A DNA stretch of 64,000 bases from Escherichia phage RB43. The stretch lies in the sequence record NC_007023.1; one strand, written 5' to 3'. A program made the translations under genes and the position numbers. This document shows, one piece after another, positions 9,179-18,843 of this stretch (within the stretch, counting starts at the first letter, position 1; every line of letters starts with the position of its first letter). The notes beneath the pieces are model-generated. The model was given only the letters and a program-made list of their open reading frames with translations, did not search any database and was not told the DNA's origin.

Positions 9179-11434
9179 ATGAGTGAAATTAAGACAGTAA
9201 TTAAATCTTCTGGTGTAAGTCAGCCGTTCGAAAAAGAAAAACTGTTTAAAGTCCTGAATTGGGCCAGTGTTGGAAAGAATATTGATGTTAACGCATTCCT
9301 TGAAAGTGTCGTTGACCTGCTTCGTGATGGTATGACTACCAAACAGATCCAGGGCGTAGCTATCAAATATGCAGCGGATCGTATTTCCGTAAAAGAACCA
9401 GATTGGCAGTATGTAGCGGCGAACCTCGAAATGTTCGCACTTCGTAAAACCGTTTACGGGCAATTCGACCCGATTCCATTTTACGAACACATCACTAAAC
9501 TGGTTGATGCTGGGAAGTACGACAAAGAAATCTTAACCAAATGGACTAAAGCGGATATCGAATATTTCGAAGAGAATATTAAGCACGATAAAGATTTTGA
9601 ATTCTCTTACGCTGGCGTACAGCAGTTGATCGGGAAATATCTGTTGCAGGATCGCACCAACGGTGACATCTACGAAACACCGCAATATGCGTTTATGCTG
9701 ATTGCTATGTGTCTGCATCAGGACGAACCGCGAACCCTGAGCGCATTTAATCATGTTGTCGATTTCTACAACGCAATTTCGGATCGTAAGCTGTCGTTAC
9801 CTACGCCTATTATGGCTGGTGTGCGTACTCCTACGCGTCAGTTTTCCAGTTGCGTAGTGATTGAATCAGGTGATTCACTGGGTTCTCTGAATGCTGTAAC
9901 CTCTGCGATCGTGAAGTATATTTCACAACGCGCGGGTATCGGTGTTAATGCTGGACACATTCGCGCAATGGGTTCTAAAATCCGTGGTGGTGAAGCAGTA
10001 CATACAGGCGTGATCCCGTTCTGGAAACATATTCAGACAGCGGTTAAATCCTGTTCACAAGGTGGCGTTCGTGGTGGTGCTGCAACGTTGTATTATCCGA
10101 TCTGGCATTTGGAAGTTGAAAACCTGCTGGTTCTGAAAAACAACAAAGGTGTTGAGAATAACCGTATTCGTCACCTGGATTATGGCGTTCAGCTTAACGA
10201 TTTGATGTATAAGCGTTTAATCAATAACGATTACATCACACTGTTCAGCCCTGACGTTGCAAATGATCGCCTGTATGATGCTTTCTATCAAGCTGATCAG
10301 ACTGAGTTCGAAGAACTCTATACCAGTTTGGAAAAAGACCCAACGGTACGCAAGAAACGCATTAAAGCAGCAGACTTATTCCAGTTGCTTGTTCAGGAAC
10401 GCGCACAGACCGGACGCAAATATATTTTCAACAGTCATCACGTCAACCAGCAGGGCAGTTTCTCCGTTCCTGTTCGTATGTCGAACCTTTGCTGTGAAAT
10501 TGCGATCCCAACGTCACCTCTGGATGATGACGACAAGTTAGCAGGTGAAATCGGACTGTGTACGCTTATGGCTATCGTTCTCGATAACGCTGATGTAAGC
10601 GAATTCCCAGCCCTTACACGTATTGCAGTACGCGCACTGGATAACCTGTTGGATTACCAGAACTACCCTGTTGCGGCGGCTCTGAAAGCTAAACAGCGTC
10701 GTTCTCTGGGCGTTGGTATCACCAACTATGCTTCGTGGTTGGCAAGTAACTATTGCGACTACTCAGAAGCATACGCCGGAAACGTTCATGAACTGATGGA
10801 AGCGTTTCAATATAACCTGTTGGTTGCCTCTATGGAACTGGCGAAAGAACGCGGTGCATGTGGACTGTTCCATGAAACAAAATATGCACAAGGGCTGTTA
10901 CCGATCGATTGGTACTGCAAAACCGTGGATGAACTCGCGTTACCTGTGTATAATTGCGATTGGGAATGGTTGCGCGGCGAAATCAAAAAATATGGCTTGC
11001 GTAACTCAACTCTTTCCGCTTTAATGCCATGTGAGAGTAGTTCTCAAGTAAGCAACTCAACAAACGGGATTGAACCGCCTCGCGGTCCTGTGAGTGTGAA
11101 ATCTTCGAAAGAAGGTTCATTCAACCAGGTAGTACCGAACCAGAACGATCAGATTGATTTCTATGATTATCTCTGGACAATGGCAAAACGCGGTAATAAA
11201 GGTTATCTGTCTCATGTTGCTGTTATGCAGAAGTTTGTTGATCAAGCGATCTCTGCAAACACCAACTATGATCCGGCTAACTTCCCAGATGGTAAAGTGA
11301 AATCTGAAACCATCATTGATGACCTGCTTTATGCGAACTACTACGGCGTGAAAACTCTGTATTATCACAACACCCGCGACGGTGCAGGTGAAGACGAAGC
11401 AGAAGCCGATGATTGCGTAGGCTGTAAGATTTGA
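9179..11434 (+). CDS. nrdA: Ribonucleotide reductase large subunit (class Ia)
   Basis: 751 aa; ATP-cone N-terminus, active-site NLCCEI, C-terminal CxxC tail; length near T4 NrdA. Confidence 0.95.
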   Translation: MSEIKTVIKSSGVSQPFEKEKLFKVLNWASVGKNIDVNAFLESVVDLLRDGMTTKQIQGVAIKYAADRISVKEPDWQYVAANLEMFALRKTVYGQFDPIPFYEHITKLVDAGKYDKEILTKWTKADIEYFEENIKHDKDFEFSYAGVQQLIGKYLLQDRTNGDIYETPQYAFMLIAMCLHQDEPRTLSAFNHVVDFYNAISDRKLSLPTPIMAGVRTPTRQFSSCVVIESGDSLGSLNAVTSAIVKYISQRAGIGVNAGHIRAMGSKIRGGEAVHTGVIPFWKHIQTAVKSCSQGGVRGGAATLYYPIWHLEVENLLVLKNNKGVENNRIRHLDYGVQLNDLMYKRLINNDYITLFSPDVANDRLYDAFYQADQTEFEELYTSLEKDPTVRKKRIKAADLFQLLVQERAQTGRKYIFNSHHVNQQGSFSVPVRMSNLCCEIAIPTSPLDDDDKLAGEIGLCTLMAIVLDNADVSEFPALTRIAVRALDNLLDYQNYPVAAALKAKQRRSLGVGITNYASWLASNYCDYSEAYAGNVHELMEAFQYNLLVASMELAKERGACGLFHETKYAQGLLPIDWYCKTVDELALPVYNCDWEWLRGEIKKYGLRNSTLSALMPCESSSQVSNSTNGIEPPRGPVSVKSSKEGSFNQVVPNQNDQIDFYDYLWTMAKRGNKGYLSHVAVMQKFVDQAISANTNYDPANFPDGKVKSETIIDDLLYANYYGVKTLYYHNTRDGAGEDEAEADDCVGCKI

Positions 11435-11438
11435 TAAT

Positions 11439-11457
11439 GCCCCTTCGGGGGCTTTTT
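11439..11457 (+). terminator. Rho-independent terminator
   Basis: GCCCCTTCGGGGGC hairpin followed by TTTTT. Confidence 0.65.
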
Positions 11458-11470
11458 ATAAGGTAAACTC

Positions 11471-12646
11471 ATGTTAACAGTAATGAACACAAACCCCGAT
11501 CACAAACACTTAGAACAGCCAATGTTCTTCGGTGAAGATACTGGGGTTGCCCGATATGAAGAACAAAAACATCGCGTATTCGAAACTTTGACTGAAAAAC
11601 AACTGTCATTCTTCTGGCGACCGGAAGAAGTGGATCTGTCGATCGACCGTATGCAGTATGCAAAAATGCCGGAACACGAGAAAATCATTTTTGATTCTAA
11701 CCTGCAATATCAAACCCTGTTAGATACCATTCAGGGACGTGGCCCTAACCTGGCGTTTCTCCCGATTGCCTCTGATGTTTCAATGGAAACGTGGATCGAA
11801 ACATGGGCTTTCAGTGAAACAATTCATAGCCGCAGTTATACACACATTCAGCGTAACTTGCATATCGACCCGGCTAAAGAGTTCGACAAAATCCTTCGTA
11901 ACGAAGCGATTATGAAACGTTCGGCTTCAATGACAAAATATTACGATGACCTGATCGCAGAATGTCATGAACTGAAAAACATCGTTCTCAAGATCGAAAT
12001 GATGACATCCCACGGATACCCAGACGAATCGATCGCTGAATACGAACAGAAACGCAAAGAGCAAATGCGCAAATGTAAGGTTGCTCTTTATCTGTGTATG
12101 CACGCTGTCAACGCTCTGGAAGCGATTCGTTTCTATGTCTCGTTTACCTTTACGTTCAACTTTGCCGAACAGGGCAAGATGGAAGGTAACGCAAAGATCA
12201 TGCGTCTGATTGCCCGTGATGAAGCACTTCATCAGAAAGGTACTCAAAGCAAGATCCGACTCTGGCAGATGGGTAAAGATGACCCAGAAATGGCAGAAAT
12301 CGCGTATCAGTACGAAGAAGAAGCAACACAGATTTTCCTCGAAGTTTACGAGCAGGAAAAAGAATGGGCTGAACACTTATTCAGTATTGGTGATGTTGAC
12401 GGCGTGACACTGAAAAGTACAATCGCCTATATCGAACACTTAACCGACCAACGTATGCGAGCGGTTGGGTTACAGTCTCCGTTTAAACCGAGTCCTAACC
12501 CGTATCCGTGGATGAACAAATGGTTGAAGTCTGACAACGTTCAGGTAGCCCCGCAAGAGGTTGAAGTAAGTTCTTACCTGGTTGGCAACCTCAACACCGA
12601 GATCAGCGACGAAGCCTATGCAAAATGGCGACAAAAATACGCGTAA
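11471..12646 (+). CDS. nrdB: Ribonucleotide reductase small subunit (intronless)
   Basis: 391 aa; diiron/tyrosyl radical R2 fold features; uninterrupted ORF. Confidence 0.9.
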   Translation: MLTVMNTNPDHKHLEQPMFFGEDTGVARYEEQKHRVFETLTEKQLSFFWRPEEVDLSIDRMQYAKMPEHEKIIFDSNLQYQTLLDTIQGRGPNLAFLPIASDVSMETWIETWAFSETIHSRSYTHIQRNLHIDPAKEFDKILRNEAIMKRSASMTKYYDDLIAECHELKNIVLKIEMMTSHGYPDESIAEYEQKRKEQMRKCKVALYLCMHAVNALEAIRFYVSFTFTFNFAEQGKMEGNAKIMRLIARDEALHQKGTQSKIRLWQMGKDDPEMAEIAYQYEEEATQIFLEVYEQEKEWAEHLFSIGDVDGVTLKSTIAYIEHLTDQRMRAVGLQSPFKPSPNPYPWMNKWLKSDNVQVAPQEVEVSSYLVGNLNTEISDEAYAKWRQKYA

Positions 12647-12655
12647 GGACATAAC

Positions 12656-13213
12656 ATGATTGATGCGATTCCCGTTTATACGGGAGTCCATCACAATCTA
12701 TACGCATACCTGGCGGGTTGTGTTGATTGTGATGGATGGATTAGTGAAAAAGGAAAGAATGGTTATCTGGTTGGGCTTACACAGCATATTCAACTATGGG
12801 ATGATATGGTTAGCATTCAATCTGATTTGATTAACGATGGTGTTGATGCAAAATTATATGAAAGAACCAGTAGAACAGGATTAGGTAATACGTTGATGTG
12901 CAACCTAATTATTCAAAAATCATCGGATCTCTTGATTCTGTTACCGAGAATCATTCCATACCTTCGATTTAAAAAGCAAAAAGCAGTTGACGCATATTTT
13001 AATTTGTGTAAACATTCAGATCTTAATGCAAGTTCATCCGATAATGATATGAAAGGAAGTAAACGAAAGTATTGGAAGCCGGAAGAAATATCCGAACTAA
13101 TTCGTTTACATTCGGAGGGTTACAACAACCCAGCGATAGGGATTAAAATGAATCGTTCTACCGATTCAATAAGTCATAAGTTGCATCGGTTGGGTATCAT
13201 GAGAAACGAATGA
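12656..13213 (+). CDS. Free-standing LAGLIDADG-type homing endonuclease with C-terminal HTH-like region
   Basis: Single LAGLIDADG motif YAYLAGCVDCDGWI near N-terminus; I-CreI-like size. Confidence 0.65.
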   Translation: MIDAIPVYTGVHHNLYAYLAGCVDCDGWISEKGKNGYLVGLTQHIQLWDDMVSIQSDLINDGVDAKLYERTSRTGLGNTLMCNLIIQKSSDLLILLPRIIPYLRFKKQKAVDAYFNLCKHSDLNASSSDNDMKGSKRKYWKPEEISELIRLHSEGYNNPAIGIKMNRSTDSISHKLHRLGIMRNE

Positions 13214-13620
13214 TGGAATCGAAAGTTTATAGAATGTCTCTTGACAAATGCGGTCGAATAGACCGCAGTTTTATCAAGTGTGGTGAGTTAAGAAATTGCG
13301 TTTACTGTATTGAAATCGACGGCGTGATCGTGTATGTTGGTAAAGCAAAAGACATGTGGAAGCGATTAGATACGTACAGGAATTCAAAATACTGGAGGGA
13401 AGCAAACCCCAGCAACATTTTGAAAACCGCACGTCTGGAAATGGCAATCAAAAAACGTAAGCGTGTGAATCTCATTGTGACAACACACGATGAAGAGACA
13501 TATCATGATTATGAAATCAACATGATCCGAAAAATCAATCCTGAATGGAACAAACAGCATTATGACAAAGCTAACAAAAAACCAGAAAACACTCTTCAAC
13601 CAATTGATGAAGCTGTGTAA
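13210..13620 (+). CDS. denA: Endonuclease II (GIY-YIG family)
   Basis: 136 aa, same length as T4 DenA; GIY-YIG-like VYCIEIDGVIVYVGKAKDMWKRLDTYRNS. Confidence 0.8.
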   Translation: MMESKVYRMSLDKCGRIDRSFIKCGELRNCVYCIEIDGVIVYVGKAKDMWKRLDTYRNSKYWREANPSNILKTARLEMAIKKRKRVNLIVTTHDEETYHDYEINMIRKINPEWNKQHYDKANKKPENTLQPIDEAV

Positions 13621-14719
13621 CGAAACCGAATGCTTTTACTTTATTGATCAAAAAACCGTAATGCAGACCCACGTTCGCATTTTCAACTATCGTATGGCGA
13701 GTTATTCCGATTGGTTGAAACCTGGTGCGCTGGAATGTCGCGGCATTATGTTTGCAATGGATGGGGATACCCCCGTAAAACTCGTCAGCCGTCCTATGGA
13801 GAAGTTTTTCAACTACGCCGAGGTAAAGGCATGGGAAGCACTTAAAGAGGCTCCTGTGACGATTGGCGACACCGTAGTTGATGTGATGATTAAGGAAGAT
13901 GGTTCCCTGATCTCTACATTCTGTGATTCCGGCTATCTGGGCGTTAAGTCAAAAGCGTCTGTACAGTCTGAACAGGCTATGGACGCAATGAGCGTGATCC
14001 AAACTAACCGCGCATTGTTCGAACGCCTTACAGAACTGGTTCGCGATGGATTCACCGTCAACATGGAATACGTCGCACCAACTAACCGTATTGTAATTGG
14101 TTATCAAGACCCTGCTGTTGTGATTCTGAACATTCGCAACAACGATACAGGTGAATACGTACCGTATCAGGATATTTTTGCTGATGCTGTGTTGCGTCCT
14201 TACCTGGTTGAACGTGAGAAAATCGAAATCACCGATCTGGATGCGTTTATTGCAGATGCGTACACGAAAGAAGGTTTCGAGGGATACGTAATCAAGACGA
14301 ACAAAGGTTTTGTGAAAGCAAAAACAAACTGGTACGTGAATCTTCACCGCACGAAGGATAGCATCACCAATAACAAAGATTTGTTCTTAAATATTGTTGA
14401 TAACACAGTTGATGACCTGAAACAATTATTCCTGGATGATACATATTCACTCAAGAAAATTGATGCGTTTGAAACTATGTTCCTCGATAGTCTGAATCGC
14501 CTGTCTGCAAAAGCATTCAAGGCGATTGAAGATACTAAAGGATTGTCCCGTAAGGATTACGCAATCAAACTGAGTTCGGATTTAACCCCAGATGGGCGCA
14601 TTATCTTTGGCCCGATGATGCGATATTTCGATGATACCGATAAACAAAAATTGGTTGATAACATCGTTTCTCTGATGGTTAAAAATTACGAACAGTTCAT
14701 ACCGGAAGAGTATAAATGA
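13562..14719 (+). CDS. rnlA: RNA ligase 1 / tail fibre attachment protein gp63
   Basis: KEDGSL adenylation motif; N-terminus LFNQLMKLC...YSDWLKPGALECRGIMF aligns with T4 RnlA; start ambiguous (13562 or 13607). Confidence 0.85.
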   Translation: MTKLTKNQKTLFNQLMKLCNETECFYFIDQKTVMQTHVRIFNYRMASYSDWLKPGALECRGIMFAMDGDTPVKLVSRPMEKFFNYAEVKAWEALKEAPVTIGDTVVDVMIKEDGSLISTFCDSGYLGVKSKASVQSEQAMDAMSVIQTNRALFERLTELVRDGFTVNMEYVAPTNRIVIGYQDPAVVILNIRNNDTGEYVPYQDIFADAVLRPYLVEREKIEITDLDAFIADAYTKEGFEGYVIKTNKGFVKAKTNWYVNLHRTKDSITNNKDLFLNIVDNTVDDLKQLFLDDTYSLKKIDAFETMFLDSLNRLSAKAFKAIEDTKGLSRKDYAIKLSSDLTPDGRIIFGPMMRYFDDTDKQKLVDNIVSLMVKNYEQFIPEEYK

Positions 14720-15042
14720 ACATACCAGCTTTACCAAAGTTAAGTTCTTTGGTATGGCCTGTGATTGTGGGGCTATCTTTGATAGCCCTTTTTTATATTG
14801 CAGTCGATACCAAAATAGAAAACAGACAATTGTCTAATGATATCAAAGCATTACAAGCTGATATCAAGAAAGTCAAAGAGACAAACAACACCAACACAGT
14901 GATATACGTAGAGCAAAAGGCGAAGGATCAGCAACTGGTGAAAGATGCGGGACGTAAAGATCTGTTATTCAAAAAGCCAGGACTGATTGAAATCAAGATC
15001 AACAAATCATTCGAAGAGTATATGGAGGAATTCGATAAATGA
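14716..15042 (+). CDS. i-spanin (Rz-like; T4 PseT.3 equivalent)
   Basis: N-terminal TM helix then coiled-coil periplasmic domain; position upstream of o-spanin and pseT as in T4. Confidence 0.65.
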   Translation: MNIPALPKLSSLVWPVIVGLSLIALFYIAVDTKIENRQLSNDIKALQADIKKVKETNNTNTVIYVEQKAKDQQLVKDAGRKDLLFKKPGLIEIKINKSFEEYMEEFDK

Positions 15043-15365
15043 AAATCTCCGTGTTAGTCCTTATCATCGGCGCTCTGTTGGTTGGGTGTGCTGAAAAGCC
15101 CCCAGAAAAGGTTTTACCGACCTTACCTGCTAAAGTGAATCCGGTTGATGTTAAATGGAAAGTGATCGCAGAAGTACGGGAAATCGACGGGAAGAAATAT
15201 CTCGTTATGCCGTTTGACGGAAACCCATATGTTGCGCTATCATATCCAGACTCATTGGTTTTTCGTAGCTGGATGAATGATGTCAAGCGACAGAAAGATC
15301 AAACCGATAATATCCTATGTACAGTGGGATACCCAGAAAAATGTAAGTTGAGAAATTTAAAATGA
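15039..15365 (+). CDS. o-spanin lipoprotein (Rz1-like; T4 PseT.2 equivalent)
   Basis: Signal peptide with lipobox LLVGC. Confidence 0.65.
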   Translation: MKISVLVLIIGALLVGCAEKPPEKVLPTLPAKVNPVDVKWKVIAEVREIDGKKYLVMPFDGNPYVALSYPDSLVFRSWMNDVKRQKDQTDNILCTVGYPEKCKLRNLK

Positions 15366-16249
15366 ATCTGATTATTACTGTAGGCGTACCAGGTAGCGGT
15401 AAAACTACTTGGGCGAAAGAGAAAGCGCGTGAAATGGGGAACACGTTGACTGTTTCCCGTGATGACATCCGTCGAACCCTTTACTGTGCTGGCGGCGATC
15501 TCACAGGATACCGCTTCACCGAAGAGAAAGAAAACCTGGTCACTAAGTTACAGGCAGACATCGTGTTAAACGCTCTTGCTTCTGGTAAGAATGTGATTGT
15601 GCATAACACGCACCTGAAAAAAGGCGACCATGTTTACTGGAAAGAAATCGCGAAGTATACGAAAGTAGATTTTCACATCGAATGGATGGATGCTGATATC
15701 GTTGAACTTCTGAAACGCAACCATAAACGCGGTGTAAATGCTTTACCTGTTTCCCGCTTATGGGAAATGTTCGAACAGTACCGTAAATTACGCGGTTGGG
15801 TTCCGGCTATGCAGTTTGCAGATCCGAGCAAACCGAAATGCGTTATCTTTGATGTTGACGGTACTCTGACCAAAGTCGGACAGCGTAGCCCGTATGACTT
15901 CACGAAGGTAATCGACGATCCTGCTAACCCTCCGGTTCAGGAACTGTTCAGGATGTATAAAGCCGCTGGTTATGCCTGTGTTGTTGTATCGGGGCGTGAA
16001 GGTACGGAACAATGCGCACATGATACCAAAGCAAGCCTTACTGCGTATGATGTTGACCTGAGTGATGGTATTTTCATGCGTGAAGAAGGTGATCATCGTC
16101 ACGATTTTTACGTAAAAGAGCAAATACTTGTTGAAAAGATTCTCGATAAGTATTATCCTGTTCTTGCAGTGGACGACCGAGACACCCCAGTAGGGATGTG
16201 GAGAATGAACGGAATTCCGTGCTTCCAGGTTGATTACGGCGACTTTTAA
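15362..16249 (+). CDS. pseT: Polynucleotide 5'-kinase / 3'-phosphatase
   Basis: P-loop GVPGSGKTT kinase domain plus HAD phosphatase DVDGT; collinear with T4 Pnk. Confidence 0.9.
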   Translation: MNLIITVGVPGSGKTTWAKEKAREMGNTLTVSRDDIRRTLYCAGGDLTGYRFTEEKENLVTKLQADIVLNALASGKNVIVHNTHLKKGDHVYWKEIAKYTKVDFHIEWMDADIVELLKRNHKRGVNALPVSRLWEMFEQYRKLRGWVPAMQFADPSKPKCVIFDVDGTLTKVGQRSPYDFTKVIDDPANPPVQELFRMYKAAGYACVVVSGREGTEQCAHDTKASLTAYDVDLSDGIFMREEGDHRHDFYVKEQILVEKILDKYYPVLAVDDRDTPVGMWRMNGIPCFQVDYGDF

Positions 16250-16256
16250 AAAACAG

Positions 16257-16290
16257 TTGACAGTGAGTGCGGGTATGATAAGATACTCGC
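16257..16290 (+). promoter_or_regulatory. Sigma70-type promoter with overlapping inverted repeat
   Basis: TTGACA then about 16-17 nt then TAAGAT-like -10; GTGCGGGTA / TACTCGCAC imperfect inverted repeat. Confidence 0.45.
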
Positions 16291-16309
16291 ACACAAAAGG
16301 AGATATATT

Positions 16310-16574
16310 ATGATCGAACGTGAAAATGTAAATGTTATGGTTGAACTGGGTGATCGTGTTAAAGTTGACAATCCTGTAGATTTGCAACTAAATTAACCAG
16401 TTAGGCCAACGTCTTGTTGATCGGCTTCCTGCTGGTTATAATGTGAAACTTGTCCGTGACGGTCAGTTCTCCTTCCTGTTGGGGATCATTAGTCAACGTG
16501 GTATCGTTGAACAACAGTTCGGAATCCAATGGAATCCGGTATCTAAATTTGTTACTTGGGCTGGTGTCCTATGA
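16310..16574 (+). CDS. hypothetical protein, apparently split by a 1-nt indel at an AAA run (about 87 aa if fused)
   Basis: Strong RBS AAAGGAG before ATG 16310; 28-codon ORF then protein-like reading continues in +1 frame to TGA 16572-16574. Confidence 0.4.
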
Positions 16575-16840
16575 ATGAAACAAAAAATCCGAGTGATATA
16601 GTTGAGGTTCATGAAGCATGGATTCTCACTGATAAAGATAAGGTTCGGTATGGCTGTCTGTTCGGTTTAGTGTGTTTAGACCCAGAAGTAGACATAATGA
16701 CTAGCCCGATTGTATCTTATAGTCATCCAGCGAACACGGAATTTGTTGAAGTGATTACGCGATCTGGTAGCACGTATCGCGTAGTAAATCCAGATTCTGA
16801 TTTCATGAAGCAGTTATTAACCGTGATGGATGACAAATGA
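16571..16840 (+). CDS. hypothetical protein (89 aa)
   Basis: ATG 16571 overlapping upstream stop (ATGA). Confidence 0.5.
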   Translation: MNETKNPSDIVEVHEAWILTDKDKVRYGCLFGLVCLDPEVDIMTSPIVSYSHPANTEFVEVITRSGSTYRVVNPDSDFMKQLLTVMDDK

Positions 16841-17037
16841 AAAATGTTATCGTAGCGGCAGTGATAATGTGCATCATATCCATTATACTTGTTATAATGA
16901 GCACACCAAACAAACCGACTTCTAAGATAACACCATATCAGTCGAGCAAGACAGAAGAAAGCTCTTGCTCGATGCCAATGTGTGAATCGTTGGGTGGTCA
17001 TGATGCAATTGCTTTACAAGTTATGTTTGGAGATTAA
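16837..17037 (+). CDS. small membrane protein (66 aa)
   Basis: Hydrophobic N-terminal helix VIVAAVIMCIISIILVIM. Confidence 0.5.
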   Translation: MKNVIVAAVIMCIISIILVIMSTPNKPTSKITPYQSSKTEESSCSMPMCESLGGHDAIALQVMFGD

Positions 17038-17562
17038 ATGAAATTACTTCATATGATCCGCGCCATAAAGCAAAGTCAGGGTTCTCGATGTATATCGAAC
17101 CGTGTAGGCGCTGTTATTGTAATGAATGGGCGTGTGGTTTCACAGGGTACGAATAATACGGTTGATTCTGATTGTCGATGCGCCGATCATAACAATCATA
17201 TGCTGAATGATGAAGGTAAGTTGAAAGCAATTCATCGACCAGAACATTCAGCATGGTCGAACGATAACGAAATTCACGCTGAAATGAAAGCGTTGCTAAG
17301 TGCTCATACTAATGGTATCATGCTTAATAACGCAGAGTTATACACAACCGCTTCACCGTGTCCGAACTGTGCAAAACACATCGAATGGTATGTTGCGATT
17401 GGTGCAATAACTTCTGTATATTTCCTCGATAAATACGATCGTGGTAATGATGAATGGATTTCGCGTTTGCAAAAATATGGTTGCAAAGTGGAACAAATTA
17501 AACGGGAAAAGTTGGAACCTCATATCAACTTTTCTAATGTAGTGTTTAACAACAATGAGTAA
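17038..17562 (+). CDS. cd: dCMP deaminase
   Basis: Cytidine/deoxycytidylate deaminase zinc motifs HAEMKAL and PCPNCAKHI. Confidence 0.9.
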   Translation: MKLLHMIRAIKQSQGSRCISNRVGAVIVMNGRVVSQGTNNTVDSDCRCADHNNHMLNDEGKLKAIHRPEHSAWSNDNEIHAEMKALLSAHTNGIMLNNAELYTTASPCPNCAKHIEWYVAIGAITSVYFLDKYDRGNDEWISRLQKYGCKVEQIKREKLEPHINFSNVVFNNNE

Positions 17563-17566
17563 CAAA

Positions 17567-17911
17567 ATGTCTGAACTGAAAGTAAAAGCATCTTTTGAAT
17601 ATGTGATTATCGAAACTGTCGCGCGTCCTGCTGGTTCCGAAATCGTTTCAGAATCTGGATTCCTTATTGGAATTCGTCAGCAAGGCGAAGAACCGATTTC
17701 TGGTAAAATCGTTTCTGTAGGGCCGGATGTACCGGAAGAAAAAGCAAAAGAACTGTTGGGTAAAATGGTTCCTCTTCCGAAAGGTCATATGGCAAATGTT
17801 CCTGATCCAGATTTGGTGAAGGGTGTTATTAGCGCGGAAGATGCACGTACCAAAGAAGTAAAATACGTTTCCGCACATTATAAAGCTGTTCAAGCAATTT
17901 ACGAGATCTAA
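17567..17911 (+). CDS. 31: Co-chaperonin gp31 (GroES-like)
   Basis: MSELKVKASFEYVII...VSVGPDVPEE...YVSAHYKAVQAIYEI aligns with T4 gp31. Confidence 0.85.
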   Translation: MSELKVKASFEYVIIETVARPAGSEIVSESGFLIGIRQQGEEPISGKIVSVGPDVPEEKAKELLGKMVPLPKGHMANVPDPDLVKGVISAEDARTKEVKYVSAHYKAVQAIYEI

Positions 17912-17913
17912 TC

Positions 17914-18165
17914 ATGGCTAAATCTATTCAAGCAATTATCGCTGATACTGTCAGCAAGTCTAAAAAACTGTTTGACAAAGGCGATATCCTGGAAGCCCCC
18001 GCGCGTATTGACGTGATGACAGCAATGATCATCGATGCGCATCAGGGTAAACTTAAATCCCGTGCCGATGAAGTCATGGCATACATCGTCCAGTTCGAAG
18101 ACGTATGTAAGTATGCGAAAGGTGTAGATCCGCTGGTACAAGAAATTTACCGTAAGCAGTTCTAA
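17914..18165 (+). CDS. rIII: putative rIII lysis-inhibition accessory protein
   Basis: 83-aa ORF immediately after gene 31 as in T4 (rIII 82 aa); called from size and synteny. Confidence 0.5.
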   Translation: MAKSIQAIIADTVSKSKKLFDKGDILEAPARIDVMTAMIIDAHQGKLKSRADEVMAYIVQFEDVCKYAKGVDPLVQEIYRKQF

Positions 18166-18171
18166 AAATTT

Positions 18172-18248
18172 GGCCCTTTAGCTCAATTGGTAGAGCGAAC
18201 CCCTCATAAGGGTGTGGTTTCCGGTTCGAGTCACGGAAGGGGCCACCA
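18172..18248 (+). tRNA. tRNA with anticodon CAU (Met or Ile2), atypical T-arm
   Basis: 7-bp acceptor stem GGCCCTT/AAGGGCC, D-arm GCTC-AATTGGTA-GAGC, anticodon loop CTCATAA, T-loop TTCGAGT, 3' CCA; T-stem needs removal of A18233 to be canonical. Confidence 0.65.
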
Positions 18249-18407
18249 AATTAGGGTGCTGGCGCAATGCCGTTAAATGGTTCCGAATATGCAACCGTAT
18301 CTTATGGGATCGGCTCTGTTGGTATCGGGTAATAGGTTCCCTGGAATGCAGGGTGAAGTAAAGAAACTCCCAGCCCACAAATTAAATTAAACTTAAAGAG
18401 AAATGAA

Positions 18408-18836
18408 ATGAATACATCTGGTCTGATTACCCTGTTTAAACTGGCTCCGAAAATGCGTGATATTCTTGTGCATCCTCATGGACACTATAACGAAGAACTC
18501 ATGCGACTATTTCAAGAAGAAATTCCTGATTTTGAACGCGTGTTTGGTGATGCGCTTACCGCATATTCTACACAGGGTTATCTTGCAGCACCGTTAGTAA
18601 ACAACCCCGAAGAATATCGACGGACTTATTTCAACTGGCAGATTATTACACTGATTAAGCGTAGCGGCATTACCCCGACAAACTACAAGCTTTTAACAGT
18701 TGACGCGTCGAAATTTTTGATCCAATATATGATCACGGGTGGATTCAAAAACGAACTCGTACCAGTTGATAATGATGCGTTGCTGGAAGAATTCGACGAC
18801 GCAAAACATTTAATCGATGCAATGAAATCTATGTGA
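18408..18836 (+). CDS. hypothetical protein (142 aa)
   Basis: ORF with AGAGAAATGAAATG start context. Confidence 0.55.
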   Translation: MNTSGLITLFKLAPKMRDILVHPHGHYNEELMRLFQEEIPDFERVFGDALTAYSTQGYLAAPLVNNPEEYRRTYFNWQIITLIKRSGITPTNYKLLTVDASKFLIQYMITGGFKNELVPVDNDALLEEFDDAKHLIDAMKSM

Positions 18837-18843
18837 GGTTTAT

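Noticed and set aside
8281-12646. Group I introns in td or nrdB as in T4
   Set aside because: Both genes are single uninterrupted ORFs of the expected length; no intron-sized insert
14716-15365. Spanin genes far from the endolysin as an anomaly
   Set aside because: T4 also encodes its spanins (pseT.3/pseT.2) next to pseT, far from the endolysin gene; the arrangement is expected for this lineage
18249-18400. Second tRNA immediately downstream of the tRNA(CAU)
   Set aside because: No acceptor/D/anticodon/T-arm cloverleaf could be folded; only a short hairpin, so kept as a possible sRNA within the tRNA finding
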